A stretch of DNA of 64,000 bases from Flavobacteriaceae bacterium (GTDB lineage: Bacteria > Bacteroidota > Bacteroidia > Flavobacteriales > Flavobacteriaceae). The translations under genes were made by a program, and so were the position numbers. Under the pieces are notes generated by a model that saw only the letters and a program-made list of their open reading frames with translations, was not told where the DNA came from and searched no databases. The stretch covers positions 2,428 to 66,427 of the forward strand of contig JAIUMH010000001.1 of NCBI GenBank assembly GCA_022565635.1, in the 5' to 3' direction. This document shows, piece after piece, positions 45,846 to 56,570 of the stretch (positions within the stretch are counted from its first letter, which is position 1; every line of letters starts with the position of its first letter).

Positions 45846-46061
45846 TTAATATCTATAGGTTATGCGAGCCTTTGTTAAATCATAAGGACTCATTTCTAAT
45901 TTTACTTTATCTCCTGGTAAAAGTTTAATGTAATGCATTCTCATTTTACCTGAGATATGAGCTGTCACAATGTGACCATTCTCAAGTTCTACACGAAACA
46001 TTGCGTTAGACAATGCTTCTATAATTGTTCCGTCTTGTTCTATTGAGGGTTGCTTTGCCAT
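45846..46061 (-). CDS. infA: Translation initiation factor IF-1
   Basis: 71 aa with an S1-like OB fold ([25 protein letters not shown]). Confidence 0.97.
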   Translation of the reverse strand: MAKQPSIEQDGTIIEALSNAMFRVELENGHIVTAHISGKMRMHYIKLLPGDKVKLEMSPYDLTKARITYRY

Positions 46062-46063
46062 AG

Positions 46064-47404
46064 TTATGCTACTGCTTTTCTATTTTTACCTGATTTTATT
46101 AAACCATCATAGTGGCGATTTAATAAGTACGAATTAACTTGCTCAATTGTATCGATAGAGACTCCAACCATAATTAAAAGGGAGGTTCCACCAAAAAACA
46201 ATGCCCAACCTTGTTGCACTCCCATTAAACTAACAATAAAAGCTGGAAAAACAGCAATTAAAGCTAAGAATATAGAGCCTGGCAAGGTAATTTGTGACAT
46301 GATACGATCTAAATATTCCGAAGTTTCTGTACCTGGTCTAATACCTGGTATAAATCCACCACTTCTTTTTAAATCGTCTGCCATCTTATTAGTTGGAACT
46401 GTTATAGCTGTATAAAAGTATGTAAAAACTATGATCAATAAAGCAAATACAATATTGTACCACAGACCAAACATATCATTAAATGCAGCTGTAACACCTT
46501 GCGCGGCTTCTGAGTCTGAAAGACCAGCAACAGCTGCAGGTATAAACATAATTGCTTGAGCAAAGATGATAGGCATTACACCAGAAGCGTTTAAACGCAA
46601 AGGGATAAATTGTCTAGCACCACCAAATGCAGATTTCTCAAACTTACCAGAAGCATTTTTTCTTGCATATTGAACTGGTATTTTTCTCACTGCTCTTACA
46701 AGCATCACACTTGCTAAAATAATCAAGAACCAAATAGCCAATTCAATTAAAATCAAAATAAGGCCACCATTAGATTCTGTAAACCTAGAATCAAATTCTT
46801 GAAGAAATGCCTGAGGTAAGGTAGCTATAATACCAACCATAATAAGAAGAGAAATACCATTACCTATTCCCTTATCTGTAATCTTTTCCCCTAACCACAT
46901 GGCAAAAATACAACCTGTAGTAAGGATGATCACAGAAGAAGCAACAAAAGTAAAAGAACTATCAAGCATAAAAGCTGAAGAAGGTAAAATATTAAACAAA
47001 TTATAAATGTAACCAGGTCCTTGTACTAAGGTAATACCAATAGTTAACCATCTAGTTATTTGAGTAATTTTCTTTCTTCCACTATCCCCTTCTTTTTGGA
47101 GTTTCTGCAAATAAGGAATTGCAATTGTCATTAACTGAACAACGATAGATGCAGAAATATAAGGCATAATTCCTAATGCAAAAACAGAGGCGTTTGAAAA
47201 AGCACCTCCTGTAAATGCATTTAGTAAACCTAATAAACCACCATCTGTTTGACTAGAAAGATTTGCAAGCTCTGCAGAATCAATACCTGGAAGAACTACT
47301 TGAGCACCAAAACGATATACAAGTAACAAACCTAGTGTTAATAAGATTCTGTTTTTTAACTCTTCAATTTTCCAGATATTTTTTAAGGTCTCAAAAATCT
47401 TCAT
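46064..47404 (-). CDS. secY: Preprotein translocase subunit SecY
   Basis: 446 aa with 10 TM helices. It has SecY blocks ([14 protein letters not shown]; [10 protein letters not shown]) in the conserved operon position. Confidence 0.98.
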   Translation of the reverse strand: MKIFETLKNIWKIEELKNRILLTLGLLLVYRFGAQVVLPGIDSAELANLSSQTDGGLLGLLNAFTGGAFSNASVFALGIMPYISASIVVQLMTIAIPYLQKLQKEGDSGRKKITQITRWLTIGITLVQGPGYIYNLFNILPSSAFMLDSSFTFVASSVIILTTGCIFAMWLGEKITDKGIGNGISLLIMVGIIATLPQAFLQEFDSRFTESNGGLILILIELAIWFLIILASVMLVRAVRKIPVQYARKNASGKFEKSAFGGARQFIPLRLNASGVMPIIFAQAIMFIPAAVAGLSDSEAAQGVTAAFNDMFGLWYNIVFALLIIVFTYFYTAITVPTNKMADDLKRSGGFIPGIRPGTETSEYLDRIMSQITLPGSIFLALIAVFPAFIVSLMGVQQGWALFFGGTSLLIMVGVSIDTIEQVNSYLLNRHYDGLIKSGKNRKAVA

Positions 47405-47414
47405 AAAAGATGGT

Positions 47415-47867
47415 TTATTGTGTTATAACTTCTCCTCCAGCGGCAGTAATTGCTTCCTGCGCGCTTTTAGTAAATTTGTGAGCAACAACTTTTAAGCTAG
47501 CCTTTAACTCTCCTCTACCTAATATCTTAACTAGATCATTTTTCTTGATTACGTTTAAGTCAACCAAAATTTGGTGGTTAACCTCACCGCTAAGTTTACC
47601 TTGATCTACAAGATCTTGAAGTACATCAAGATTTATACCTTTGTATTCAACTCGGTTAGGATTTGTAAAACCAAACTTAGGAACACGTCTTTGAAGTGGC
47701 ATTTGTCCTCCCTCAAATCCAATCTTTCTTGAATATCCTGAACGAGACTTTGCTCCCTTATGACCTCTTCCTGCTGTACCACCGTTACCAGTTGCTTCAC
47801 CTCTACCTAAGCGCTTGCTTTTTGATTTAGTAGAGCCACTGGCAGGCTTTAAATTGTGTAATTCCAT
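47415..47867 (-). CDS. rplO: 50S ribosomal protein L15
   Basis: It contains LKPASGSTKSKSKRLGRG..GRGHKG. Confidence 0.97.
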   Translation of the reverse strand: MELHNLKPASGSTKSKSKRLGRGEATGNGGTAGRGHKGAKSRSGYSRKIGFEGGQMPLQRRVPKFGFTNPNRVEYKGINLDVLQDLVDQGKLSGEVNHQILVDLNVIKKNDLVKILGRGELKASLKVVAHKFTKSAQEAITAAGGEVITQ

Positions 47868-47873
47868 AAGTTA

Positions 47874-48056
47874 TTATTTTATTTCTTCTACAGAAACTAA
47901 GTGTTTAACTTTATTTATCATTCCTAAAATATTAGGTGTATCTGCATGTTCAACAGATTGACCTATTTTGCTGAGACCAAGCGCTTCTAAAGTCAGTTTT
48001 TGACGTTTAGGCTTCTTAATTGCGCTTTTCACTTTAGTGACTTTAATTTTTGCCAT
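47874..48056 (-). CDS. rpmD: 50S ribosomal protein L30
   Basis: 60 aa, beginning [16 protein letters not shown], in the conserved operon position. Confidence 0.95.
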   Translation of the reverse strand: MAKIKVTKVKSAIKKPKRQKLTLEALGLSKIGQSVEHADTPNILGMINKVKHLVSVEEIK

Positions 48057-48067
48057 TACCTAATATA

Positions 48068-48592
48068 TTATCCGTTAAAAAGTTTATCTAAAGTAATTCC
48101 TCTTTGCTTGGCAACTGTTTCTGCGCTTCTTAATTGTAACAAAGCGTCAAAAGTTGCTTTTACAACATTGTGAGGGTTGTTAGAACCTTGGTTTTTTGAA
48201 AGTACATCATGTACACCAACTGATTCTAGCACCACACGTGCAGGACCACCAGCAATAACTCCAGTACCAGGAGAAGCAGGAATTAAAAGTACTCTTGCTC
48301 CACCGTATTTACCTTTTTGTTCATGAGGTAAAGTTCCTTTATGCAATGGAATACGAACTAAATTTTTCTTAGCGTCTTCAACTGCTTTAGAAATTGCATC
48401 AGCAACTTCTTTAGACTTACCTAATCCCTGGCCAACAACTCCATTTTCGTCACCAACTACTACAATAGCAGAAAAACCGAAAGCTCTACCACCTTTAGTT
48501 ACCTTAGTTACACGTTGAACGCCAACTAAACGATCTTTAAGATCTAAGCCACCAGGTTTAACTATTTCTACGTTTTTATAATTCTGATACAT
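48068..48592 (-). CDS. rpsE: 30S ribosomal protein S5
   Basis: It contains [22 protein letters not shown]. Confidence 0.98.
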   Translation of the reverse strand: MYQNYKNVEIVKPGGLDLKDRLVGVQRVTKVTKGGRAFGFSAIVVVGDENGVVGQGLGKSKEVADAISKAVEDAKKNLVRIPLHKGTLPHEQKGKYGGARVLLIPASPGTGVIAGGPARVVLESVGVHDVLSKNQGSNNPHNVVKATFDALLQLRSAETVAKQRGITLDKLFNG

Positions 48593-48598
48593 AATTTC

Positions 48599-48955
48599 TT
48601 AAAATTTTAGTCCGCCCTCACGAGCTCCTTCTGCTAATGATTTAACTCTTCCGTGATAAAGGTATCCTCCTCGGTCAAAACAAACGTGCTCTACACCAAG
48701 TTTTAAAGCCTTTTCAGCTATTGCCTTACCTACTAAAGTAGATTGCTCTACCTTAGTTTTTCCTGCTGCATCTTTTCCTAAATGAAAAGTTGAAGTAGAA
48801 GTTAAAGTAACTCCATCAACATCATTTACAATTTGTGCATATATTGCCTTATTACTTCTATAAATAGAAAGTCTAGGTCTTTCAGCAGTACCAGTGATTG
48901 ATCTTCTGATACGCTTTCTAATTTTTAATCTTCTCTTTTGTTTAGAAAATGCCAT
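48599..48955 (-). CDS. rplR: 50S ribosomal protein L18
   Basis: It contains [17 protein letters not shown] and [13 protein letters not shown]. Confidence 0.97.
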   Translation of the reverse strand: MAFSKQKRRLKIRKRIRRSITGTAERPRLSIYRSNKAIYAQIVNDVDGVTLTSTSTFHLGKDAAGKTKVEQSTLVGKAIAEKALKLGVEHVCFDRGGYLYHGRVKSLAEGAREGGLKF

Positions 48956-48966
48956 AGTCTTAATTA

Positions 48967-49509
48967 TTAAGCTGATTTACCTGCTTTTCTTCTAATGTAC
49001 TCGCCCACATATTTAATACCTTTTCCTTTGTAAGGTTCAGGTTTTCTAAGGGAACGAATTTTAGCAGCTACTTGTGATACTAATTGATTATCAAAAGAAG
49101 ATAATTTAACAATTGGGTTTTTACCTTTTTCTGAAACGGTTTCTACTTTTACTTCTGGAGCTAACTCTAACACTACATTGTGAGAGTAACCAATAGCTAA
49201 GTCTAGTTTCTGACCTTGATTAGAGGCTCTGTAACCTACACCTACAAGCTCAAGTTCCTTTGTGAAACCTTTAGAAACACCTTCTACCATGTTATTAACT
49301 AAAGCTCTATAAAGTCCATGTTTGGACTTTACATTCTTCTTATCTGAAGATCTTTCGAAAATGACTTCATTTTCTTCTACGCGAATGTCTATTTCGCTAA
49401 ATTCTTGGCTTAGCTCCCCTAATTTACCCTTCACTGTAATCGTGTTGTCGTTCACTGATACAGTTACTCCTTCGGGAATGCTTACCGGACTATTTCCTAT
49501 TCTTGACAT
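48967..49509 (-). CDS. rplF: 50S ribosomal protein L6
   Basis: It begins [17 protein letters not shown] and contains PEPYKGKGI. Confidence 0.97.
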   Translation of the reverse strand: MSRIGNSPVSIPEGVTVSVNDNTITVKGKLGELSQEFSEIDIRVEENEVIFERSSDKKNVKSKHGLYRALVNNMVEGVSKGFTKELELVGVGYRASNQGQKLDLAIGYSHNVVLELAPEVKVETVSEKGKNPIVKLSSFDNQLVSQVAAKIRSLRKPEPYKGKGIKYVGEYIRRKAGKSA

Positions 49510-49530
49510 TTTATCTTAGTCTTAAAATAA

Positions 49531-49929
49531 TTAATATACGTAACAAAGCACTTCACCACCAACATTTTCACTTCTTGCTTGCTTATCTGTCATCACTCCT
49601 TTAGAGGTAGAAACAATAGCAATACCTAGTCCGTTTAGGATTCTTGGTAATTCTTTAGCAGAAGCATACTTACGTAAACCTGGTTTAGAAATACGTTGAA
49701 GTTTTTTGATAACTGGATCATTCTCCAACTTATCGTATTTCAGTGCAATTTTAATAGTTCCTTGTTTATTGTCGTCAATAAACTTATAACTTAAGATATA
49801 TCCTTGATCGAACAAAATCTTAGTTAATTCTTTTTTCAAGTTAGAAGCAGGAATTTCTACAACTCTATGAGAAGCAGCAACTGCGTTTCTTACTCTTGTT
49901 AAATAATCTGATACAGGATCAATATTCAT
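49531..49929 (-). CDS. rpsH: 30S ribosomal protein S8
   Basis: It contains [13 protein letters not shown] and GGEVLCYVY. Confidence 0.97.
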   Translation of the reverse strand: MNIDPVSDYLTRVRNAVAASHRVVEIPASNLKKELTKILFDQGYILSYKFIDDNKQGTIKIALKYDKLENDPVIKKLQRISKPGLRKYASAKELPRILNGLGIAIVSTSKGVMTDKQARSENVGGEVLCYVY

Positions 49930-49947
49930 TATTCCTTTTTTTAAAAA

Positions 49948-50217
49948 TTACCAACTTGCCTTTTTAACTCCTGGAATAAGACCCTTGTTAGCCATCTCTC
50001 TAAACATAACACGAGAAACACCAAATTGTCTCATATACCCCTTTGGTCTTCCTGTAAGTTTGCAACGATTATGCATTCTTACTGGAGACGCGTTTTTAGG
50101 CAATTTTTGAAGTGCTTCATAATCGCCAGCCTCTTTCAAAGCCTTGCGTTTTTCAGCATATTTATCTACAGTTTTCTCACGCTTTACTTCGCGCGCTTTC
50201 ATTGATTCCTTTGCCAT
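49948..50217 (-). CDS. rpsN: 30S ribosomal protein S14 (89-aa, no CxxC pairs)
   Basis: It begins [13 protein letters not shown] and ends with [11 protein letters not shown]. Confidence 0.96.
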   Translation of the reverse strand: MAKESMKAREVKREKTVDKYAEKRKALKEAGDYEALQKLPKNASPVRMHNRCKLTGRPKGYMRQFGVSRVMFREMANKGLIPGVKKASW

Positions 50218-50219
50218 AA

Positions 50220-50771
50220 TTAATTCTTTTTAAAGGGTAATCCTAATTCTGTTAATAAAGACTTTGCTTCTTTATCAGTTTCAGCATCGGTTACAAATGT
50301 AATATCCATTCCTGAAATTCTGTTCACTTTATCAATATCAATTTCTGGGAAAATGATTTGTTCAGACACACCTAGGTTATAATTTCCACGACCATCAAAA
50401 CCATTGGCTTTAATACCGTTAAAATCTCTAACACGTGGTAGTGCAGAAGTAATCAAACGATCCAAAAATTCATACATTCTATCACCTCTTAAAGTGACCA
50501 TTGCTCCAATAGGCATGCCTTTTCTTAATTTGAAATTAGCAATATCCTTTTTAGATTTAGTAGCAATTGCCTTTTGACCTGTAATTTGGGTCAATTCATT
50601 AACCGCATGATCAATTAACTTTTTGTCAGCAATAGCTTCACCTACACCTCGGCTAAGCACAATCTTTTTCAATTTTGGTGCTTGCATTGTGTTCTTATAT
50701 CCAAACTCTTCCATTAAAGCAGGAAGAATTCTATTTGAATACTCTTCTTTTAATCTTGGTACGTAACTCAT
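50220..50771 (-). CDS. rplE: 50S ribosomal protein L5
   Basis: It contains PRLKEEY and [10 protein letters not shown]-like SGMDITFVT. Confidence 0.97.
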   Translation of the reverse strand: MSYVPRLKEEYSNRILPALMEEFGYKNTMQAPKLKKIVLSRGVGEAIADKKLIDHAVNELTQITGQKAIATKSKKDIANFKLRKGMPIGAMVTLRGDRMYEFLDRLITSALPRVRDFNGIKANGFDGRGNYNLGVSEQIIFPEIDIDKVNRISGMDITFVTDAETDKEAKSLLTELGLPFKKN

Positions 50772-50773
50772 AA

Positions 50774-51091
50774 TTAAATTACTTCATTCGTTTTTTTGGA
50801 AAACCTAACTTTCTTTCCATCTTCCATTCTAAAACCTACACGAGTTGTATTTCCGTCTTTGGTTAATAAGGAAAGATTAGAAATATGCAAAGGTGCTTCC
50901 ATTTCTTTAATTCCACCTTGTGGATTTGTTGCACTTGGCTTTTGATGCTTCTTAACAAGGTTAGCGCCTTCAACAATAGCGCGAGTTTTATCTTTTGAAA
51001 TTTTCAAAATCTTCCCCTCTTTACCTTTGCTTTCACCAGCTAAAACCTTGACCTGATCTCCTACCTTAACTTTCAATTTGCTCATCGTCAT
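50774..51091 (-). CDS. rplX: 50S ribosomal protein L24
   Basis: It has a KOW motif ([20 protein letters not shown]). The ORF-track start at 51124 would overlap rplN by 29 nt. The ATGs at 51091 or 51085 fit the rplN stop at 51096. Confidence 0.93.
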   Translation of the reverse strand: MTMSKLKVKVGDQVKVLAGESKGKEGKILKISKDKTRAIVEGANLVKKHQKPSATNPQGGIKEMEAPLHISNLSLLTKDGNTTRVGFRMEDGKKVRFSKKTNEVI

Positions 51092-51095
51092 TAAT

Positions 51096-51464
51096 TTAAA
51101 GCACCTCAGGTGCAAGTGAAACAATTTTCATAAACTGACTGTCACGTAGTTCTTTAGCAACTGGACCAAAAACACGCGTACCTCTCATTTCGCCTGTACC
51201 TGTTAAAAGGACACATGCGTTATCATCAAAACGAATATAAGAACCGTCAGGTCTTCTAACTTCCTTATTCGTTCTTACAACTACGGCAGTTGAAACAGCA
51301 CCCTTCTTAATGTTTCCATTAGGTGTTGATTCTTTTACACTTACCACAACTTTATCGCCTACTGAAGCGTAACGCTTTTTTGTACCTCCTAAAACACGGA
51401 TTACAAGCACCTTCTTGGCACCAGTATTATCGGCTACTTTTAATCTTGATTCTTGTTGTACCAT
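51096..51464 (-). CDS. rplN: 50S ribosomal protein L14
   Basis: It begins [17 protein letters not shown]. Confidence 0.98.
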   Translation of the reverse strand: MVQQESRLKVADNTGAKKVLVIRVLGGTKKRYASVGDKVVVSVKESTPNGNIKKGAVSTAVVVRTNKEVRRPDGSYIRFDDNACVLLTGTGEMRGTRVFGPVAKELRDSQFMKIVSLAPEVL

Positions 51465-51466
51465 AA

Positions 51467-51724
51467 TTATTTAGCTCTTTCTATTACATCAACTAGTCTC
51501 CAACACTTATTTTTACTAAGTGGTCTAGTTTCCATAATTCGTACTGTGTCTCCTTCGTTGCAGTCGTTGTTTTCATCATGAGCAACATATTTTTTGGTTT
51601 TCATAACGAATTTACCATACTTAGGATGCTTCATTTTCTTAGTTTCGGAAACAACGATAGACTTTTGCATTTTATTGCTAGTCACAACTCCGACACGCTC
51701 TTTTCTTAAATTTCTTTTTTCCAT
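51467..51724 (-). CDS. rpsQ: 30S ribosomal protein S17
   Basis: It contains [19 protein letters not shown] and YVAHDENN. Confidence 0.97.
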   Translation of the reverse strand: MEKRNLRKERVGVVTSNKMQKSIVVSETKKMKHPKYGKFVMKTKKYVAHDENNDCNEGDTVRIMETRPLSKNKCWRLVDVIERAK

Positions 51725-51735
51725 TGTAAGCAGAA

Positions 51736-51927
51736 TTAATCTAATTCTCTTTTAGTAATTTCTGTAGCTAATCTTGCTATAGTTCTTCTTGAAGCTCTAA
51801 TTTGCATAGGGTTTTCAAGTGGGCTTATAGCATGAGTCATCTTTAAATTTGATAACTCTTTACGAGCTTTATCAAGTTCTTCGTGTAAATCTGCTACAGA
51901 TAATTCTTTAATTTCTGACTGTTTCAT
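51736..51927 (-). CDS. rpmC: 50S ribosomal protein L29
   Basis: 63 aa with a helical hairpin, in the conserved operon position between rplP and rpsQ. Confidence 0.95.
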   Translation of the reverse strand: MKQSEIKELSVADLHEELDKARKELSNLKMTHAISPLENPMQIRASRRTIARLATEITKRELD

Positions 51928-51933
51928 AATTTT

Positions 51934-52353
51934 CTATTCTTGATAATCTCTAGCTACTACGAATTTAGTTCTTACTGGCAACTTTTGAGCAGCTAGTCTC
52001 AATGCTTCTTTAGCAACGTCCATAGGAACACCACCAATTTCAAACATAATTCTACCGGGCTTCACAACTGCTGCATAATGATCAATGGCACCTTTTCCTT
52101 TACCCATACGAACCTCAAGGGGTTTCTTTGTAATAGGTTTATCTGGAAAGATTTTAATCCATAACGATCCTTCTCTCTTCATGTATCGTGTTGCAGCAAT
52201 ACGAGCGGCTTCAATCTGTCTTGAATTCACAAATGAAGAATCTAGAGATTTTAGTCCGAAAGTACCGTTTGATAAACGGTGGCCTCTTTGAGAAACCCCT
52301 TTCATTCTACCCTTTTGCTGTTTACGATGTTTAGTTCTTTTAGGTTGTAACAT
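51934..52353 (-). CDS. rplP: 50S ribosomal protein L16
   Basis: It begins [19 protein letters not shown]. Confidence 0.98.
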   Translation of the reverse strand: MLQPKRTKHRKQQKGRMKGVSQRGHRLSNGTFGLKSLDSSFVNSRQIEAARIAATRYMKREGSLWIKIFPDKPITKKPLEVRMGKGKGAIDHYAAVVKPGRIMFEIGGVPMDVAKEALRLAAQKLPVRTKFVVARDYQE

Positions 52354-52368
52354 TTCTTACGATTTAAA

Positions 52369-53082
52369 TTACTTTTTACGACGCTTATTTGGACGTCTTC
52401 CTTTACTACCTTTTCTTTCGCCTTTGGAAAGACCTACGAGAGGAGAGAGCTCTCTTTTTCCGTAAACTTCACCTTTCATAATCCACACTTTAATACCCAA
52501 TCTACCATAAGTAGTATGCGCTTCCACTAAAGCATAGTCAATATCTGCTCTAAAAGTTGATAATGGAATTCTTCCCTCTTTGTAAGATTCAGAACGCGCC
52601 ATTTCAGCACCATTTAAACGACCAGAAATTTGGATTTTAATCCCTTCTGCATTCATTCTCATAGTTGCCGCAATAGCCATCTTGATTGCTCTACGGTAAG
52701 AAATTCTATTCTCAACTTGCCTTGCCACACTGGTTGCTACAAGGTGTGCATCTAATTCAGGTCTTTTAATTTCGTGGATATTAACCTGAACTTCCTTATT
52801 CGTAATTTTTTTAAGCTCTTCCTTAAGCTTGTCTACCTCTTGGCCACCTTTTCCAATAATAATACCTGGACGTGCCGTAGTGATAGTAACGGTTACAAGT
52901 TTTAAAGTTCGCTCAATAATTACTCTTGAAACACTAGCTTTTGATAAACGTGCAAAAATATACTTACGTATTTTGTCGTCCTCAGCTAGATTGTTCCCAT
53001 AGTCTCTTCCACCATACCAGTTGGATTCCCAACCTTTTATGATTCCCAATCTATTACCTATTGGATTTGTTTTTTGTCCCAT
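52369..53082 (-). CDS. rpsC: 30S ribosomal protein S3
   Basis: It begins [14 protein letters not shown], contains a KH domain and has a basic tail. Confidence 0.98.
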   Translation of the reverse strand: MGQKTNPIGNRLGIIKGWESNWYGGRDYGNNLAEDDKIRKYIFARLSKASVSRVIIERTLKLVTVTITTARPGIIIGKGGQEVDKLKEELKKITNKEVQVNIHEIKRPELDAHLVATSVARQVENRISYRRAIKMAIAATMRMNAEGIKIQISGRLNGAEMARSESYKEGRIPLSTFRADIDYALVEAHTTYGRLGIKVWIMKGEVYGKRELSPLVGLSKGERKGSKGRRPNKRRKK

Positions 53083-53087
53083 CTATC

Positions 53088-53495
53088 TTAGCTTTCTGTG
53101 TTATTTCTTTCTCCTAATGTTATAGTTACATGATTAGAGCGTTTTCTGATACGGTGCGCTCTACCTTGTGGAGCAGGACGCAAACGTTTTAAAACACTTG
53201 CACTATCAACTTTAATTTCTGCCACATACAAATTAGCATCCTCAATTGAAGCTTCAGGATTCTTACTTTGCCAGTTAGCAATAGCAGATAGCAATAATTT
53301 ATCTAATCTTCTAGCCGCTTCTTTGGTTGTAAACCTTAAGATTTGAAGGGCTTGCTCTACATCTTTTCCTCTTACAAGATCAGCAACTAAACGCATCTTT
53401 CTTGGAGAAGTGGGGCAATTATTAAGTTTAGCAAATGCTACACTTTTTTTAGCCTCTTTAAGCTCTTCAGCTTTATTTCTTTTACGTACTCCCAT
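53088..53495 (-). CDS. rplV: 50S ribosomal protein L22
   Basis: It contains [14 protein letters not shown] in the conserved operon position. Confidence 0.96.
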   Translation of the reverse strand: MGVRKRNKAEELKEAKKSVAFAKLNNCPTSPRKMRLVADLVRGKDVEQALQILRFTTKEAARRLDKLLLSAIANWQSKNPEASIEDANLYVAEIKVDSASVLKRLRPAPQGRAHRIRKRSNHVTITLGERNNTES

Positions 53496-53502
53496 CGCTT
53501 AG

Positions 53503-53781
53503 TTATTTTTTACCTTTATTTTTAGGACCTGTATGACCTCTAAAAGTTCTTGTAGGAGAAAATTCACCTAACTTATGTCCTACCATGTTTTCAGTTACAA
53601 AAACAGGTACAAATTGTTTTCCGTTGTGTACACCAATCGTTTGACCTACAAAGTCTGGAGTAATCATTGAAGCTCTTGACCAAGTCTTGATAACAGATTT
53701 TTTACCTGAATCTACACTTTGAGCAACTTTTTTCTCTAACTTATAGTGAACGAAGGGTCCTTTTTTTAATGAACGTGCCAT
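53503..53781 (-). CDS. rpsS: 30S ribosomal protein S19
   Basis: It begins [11 protein letters not shown] and contains [13 protein letters not shown]. Confidence 0.98.
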   Translation of the reverse strand: MARSLKKGPFVHYKLEKKVAQSVDSGKKSVIKTWSRASMITPDFVGQTIGVHNGKQFVPVFVTENMVGHKLGEFSPTRTFRGHTGPKNKGKK

Positions 53782-53784
53782 AAT

Positions 53785-54612
53785 TTATTTTTTTCTACGT
53801 TCTACAATATGTTTATTACTCGACTTCTTCTTAGATCTGGTCTTAAAGCCTTTCGCTGGAATACCATTTCTAGATCTTGGGTGACCTCCTGAAGACTTAC
53901 CTTCACCACCACCCATCGGGTGATCAACTGGGTTCATCACTACAGGTCTAGTTCTTGGTCTTCTACCAAGCCATCTACTTCTACCAGCTTTACCAGATAC
54001 TAACAATTGGTGATCGCTATTTGAAACTGCACCAATAGTCGCCATACAATCCAGTAAAACTAAACGTGTTTCACCAGAAGGCAACTTAACTGTTGCATAT
54101 TTCCCTTCTTTAGCCATTAATTGCGCAAATGTACCAGCACTACGCGCCATACAAGCACCTTGACCTGGTCTTAACTCTACACAAGAAATAATAGTTCCAA
54201 AAGGAATTTTTGACAATGGCATTGAATTACCAATTTCAATAGGAGCTCCTTCCAGAGAAGACACCAATGATTCACCAACCTTTAATCCATTAGGAGCAAC
54301 GATGTATCGCTTTTCTCCATTTTCATATTGCAATAACGCAATAAAGGCTGTTCTGTTTGGATCGTACTCAATTGATTTAACTTCAGCAGACATGTCAAAA
54401 ACATCTCTTTTGAAGTCAATAATACGATACCTTTTTTTATGACCACCACCAATATAGCGCATAGTCATCCTACCTTGATTGTTTCTACCTCCCGATCGTT
54501 TTTTCGGAGCCAATAAAGACTTCTCCGGCTTATCAGTTGTAATGGCGTCGAAACCATTTACAACTCTAAAACGCTGACCTGGGGTAATAGGTTTTAACTT
54601 TCTTACCGACAT
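53785..54612 (-). CDS. rplB: 50S ribosomal protein L2
   Basis: It contains KPITPGQRF and [10 protein letters not shown]. Confidence 0.98.
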   Translation of the reverse strand: MSVRKLKPITPGQRFRVVNGFDAITTDKPEKSLLAPKKRSGGRNNQGRMTMRYIGGGHKKRYRIIDFKRDVFDMSAEVKSIEYDPNRTAFIALLQYENGEKRYIVAPNGLKVGESLVSSLEGAPIEIGNSMPLSKIPFGTIISCVELRPGQGACMARSAGTFAQLMAKEGKYATVKLPSGETRLVLLDCMATIGAVSNSDHQLLVSGKAGRSRWLGRRPRTRPVVMNPVDHPMGGGEGKSSGGHPRSRNGIPAKGFKTRSKKKSSNKHIVERRKK

Positions 54613-54621
54613 TGTTTTTTG

Positions 54622-54912
54622 TTAAAGATTACTATATAAATCTATTGTCTCTCCATCCGTCACAGTAACAATTGCCTTCTTGGTAAACTTTTTTCTACCA
54701 ACAACAACACCTGTTTTTGTGAAACGGCTCTTCACCTTCGGATACACATTCATTGTACGAACTTTTTCAACATTAACACCATAAGCTTGCTCTATGGCAT
54801 TCTTAATTTGAACCTTGTTCGCTGAAGGCTGTACTTCAAACCAAAAAGTGTTTTTTAACTCACTGTCTTGAGTAGCCTTTTCTGTAATTATAGGTTTCAA
54901 TAAAATACTCAT
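54622..54912 (-). CDS. rplW: 50S ribosomal protein L23
   Basis: 96 aa. It contains LKPIITEKAT in the conserved operon position. Confidence 0.96.
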   Translation of the reverse strand: MSILLKPIITEKATQDSELKNTFWFEVQPSANKVQIKNAIEQAYGVNVEKVRTMNVYPKVKSRFTKTGVVVGRKKFTKKAIVTVTDGETIDLYSNL

Positions 54913-54921
54913 ATTACTTAC

Positions 54922-55551
54922 TTATTTTGTTAAGTTACTCTCTAAAGATGCTAAAGCAGCTTCTGAAAAAACAAGAACAGCATTATTTAAAATGTTGTAA
55001 GTGTTTAAATTTGAAGTAGTTACAACTTTAGACTCTTCTAAATTTCGCGAAGACAAATATACATTTTTATTTGACACATCCAACACAAACACTGATTTTT
55101 TGTCAGCAACTCCCAAATTACTAAGCATTTGCTTAAACTCCTTGGTTTTTGGTTGGTTCATTTGAACATCGTCTAATACCATAATCTGGTTAGCTTGCGC
55201 CTTTTGTGCAAGAGCAGATTTACGTGCTAAACGCTTTAATTTTTTATTCAATTTAAAGTGATAATCTCTTGGTCTAGGGCCAAAAATTCTACCACCACCT
55301 CTAAAAACAGGAGACTTTATACTTCCCGCACGGGCTGTACCAGTTCCTTTTTGTTTTTTGATCTTTCTTGTTGAACCTTTAATTTCTGCACGCTCTTTAG
55401 CTTTATGCGTTCCTTGACGTTTGTTGGCAAGGTGTTGCTTAACATCTAAATAAATAGCATGCTCATTAGGCTCAATTCCAAAAACAGCATCAGAAAGTGT
55501 TACTTCCTTACCTGTTTCTTTACCGTTTATATCTAATACTGCTAACTTCAT
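54922..55551 (-). CDS. rplD: 50S ribosomal protein L4
   Basis: It contains KQKGTGTARAGSIKSPVFRGGG. Its ATG overlaps the rplC stop (TAATG). Confidence 0.97.
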   Translation of the reverse strand: MKLAVLDINGKETGKEVTLSDAVFGIEPNEHAIYLDVKQHLANKRQGTHKAKERAEIKGSTRKIKKQKGTGTARAGSIKSPVFRGGGRIFGPRPRDYHFKLNKKLKRLARKSALAQKAQANQIMVLDDVQMNQPKTKEFKQMLSNLGVADKKSVFVLDVSNKNVYLSSRNLEESKVVTTSNLNTYNILNNAVLVFSEAALASLESNLTK

Positions 55552-56165
55552 TACTTCTCAATAGTTACATAAGCGTTAGTATGTCCTGGTACACAACCTT
55601 TTACTACTAAAAGATTTTTTTCAGGAACAACCTTTAACACTCTAAGATTTTGAACTTTAACTCTTGCATTTCCAGTCTGCCCAGCCATACGCATTCCTTT
55701 GAATACTCTTGAAGGATCAGAGGCCGCACCTACTGAACCAGGGGCTCTTAACATACTTTGCTGACCGTGCGTTCTTTCAGAACCGGAAAATCCATGGCGT
55801 TTAACAACACCCTGAAAACCCTTTCCTTTAGAAGTACCTGCCACATCAACAAATTCACCTTCTTTAAACAAATCTACAGTGACACTGTCACCTAGTTTGT
55901 GTTCTTCTTCAAATCCTTGGAATTCGGCGACTTTTCTTTTGACTGAAGTACCAGCTTTCTTAAAGTGCCCTTGAGCAGCTAAACTAGCATTCTTGTCTGA
56001 TTTGTCATCGAAACCAAGTTGAAGAGCTTCATACCCGTCAACCTCAGTGGTTCTGACTTGGGTAACTATACATGGACCGGCTTCAATTACTGTACATGGA
56101 ATGTTTTTTCCATTTTCATCAAAGATGCTGGTCATGCCAATTTTCTTTCCTATTAACCCAGACAT
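55551..56165 (-). CDS. rplC: 50S ribosomal protein L3
   Basis: It begins [15 protein letters not shown] and contains [13 protein letters not shown]. Confidence 0.98.
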   Translation of the reverse strand: MSGLIGKKIGMTSIFDENGKNIPCTVIEAGPCIVTQVRTTEVDGYEALQLGFDDKSDKNASLAAQGHFKKAGTSVKRKVAEFQGFEEEHKLGDSVTVDLFKEGEFVDVAGTSKGKGFQGVVKRHGFSGSERTHGQQSMLRAPGSVGAASDPSRVFKGMRMAGQTGNARVKVQNLRVLKVVPEKNLLVVKGCVPGHTNAYVTIEK

Positions 56166-56194
56166 ATTTATAATTATTAATTTATTTAAACATT

Positions 56195-56225
56195 AAAAAA
56201 CAAGTGCAGTAAGAATACCGCACTT
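56195..56225 (-). terminator. Terminator-like hairpin plus U-run between rpsJ and rplC (possible attenuator or operon boundary)
   Basis: The minus strand reads aagtgc-ggtattcttact-gcactt-gtttttt. This is a 6-bp stem with a 12-nt loop in an 87-nt spacer. Confidence 0.45.
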
Positions 56226-56252
56226 ATTTCTCACTTTTCTAATTCGTTGTAA

Positions 56253-56558
56253 TTAAACTTTAATCTCTACTTCTACACCACTTGGCAATTCAAGCTTCAT
56301 CAAAGCATCAATAGTTTTTGATGAAGAACTATAAATATCCAATAGACGTTTGAATGAATTCAGCTCAAACTGCTCACGTGCTTTCTTGTTTACGTGAGGT
56401 GAACGTAAAACAGTAAAAATTTTCTTCTTTGTAGGTAAAGGTATAGGACCGGTTACTACAGCTCCAGTGGTTTTTACAGTTTTTACGATTTTTTCAGCTG
56501 ACTTATCAACCAAGTTGTGATCGTAAGATTTAAGTTTGATTCTTATTTTCTGACTCAT
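56253..56558 (-). CDS. rpsJ: 30S ribosomal protein S10
   Basis: It begins [18 protein letters not shown] and contains [14 protein letters not shown]. Confidence 0.98.
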   Translation of the reverse strand: MSQKIRIKLKSYDHNLVDKSAEKIVKTVKTTGAVVTGPIPLPTKKKIFTVLRSPHVNKKAREQFELNSFKRLLDIYSSSSKTIDALMKLELPSGVEVEIKV

Positions 56559-56570
56559 GATAAGTTCTTA

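Noticed and set aside
45724-50217. Zinc-ribbon-less L36 (single Cys) and an 89-aa S14 without CxxC pairs, as a possible zinc-sparing adaptation
   Set aside because: As far as I recall, these forms are the standard single copies in Bacteroidota ribosomal operons. No paralogous pair is visible here, so there is nothing unusual to report.
56559-56570. Absence of tuf after fusA, and rpsJ following fusA directly
   Set aside because: This gene order is the normal Bacteroidota arrangement (tuf sits near secE-nusG), not a deletion or rearrangement.
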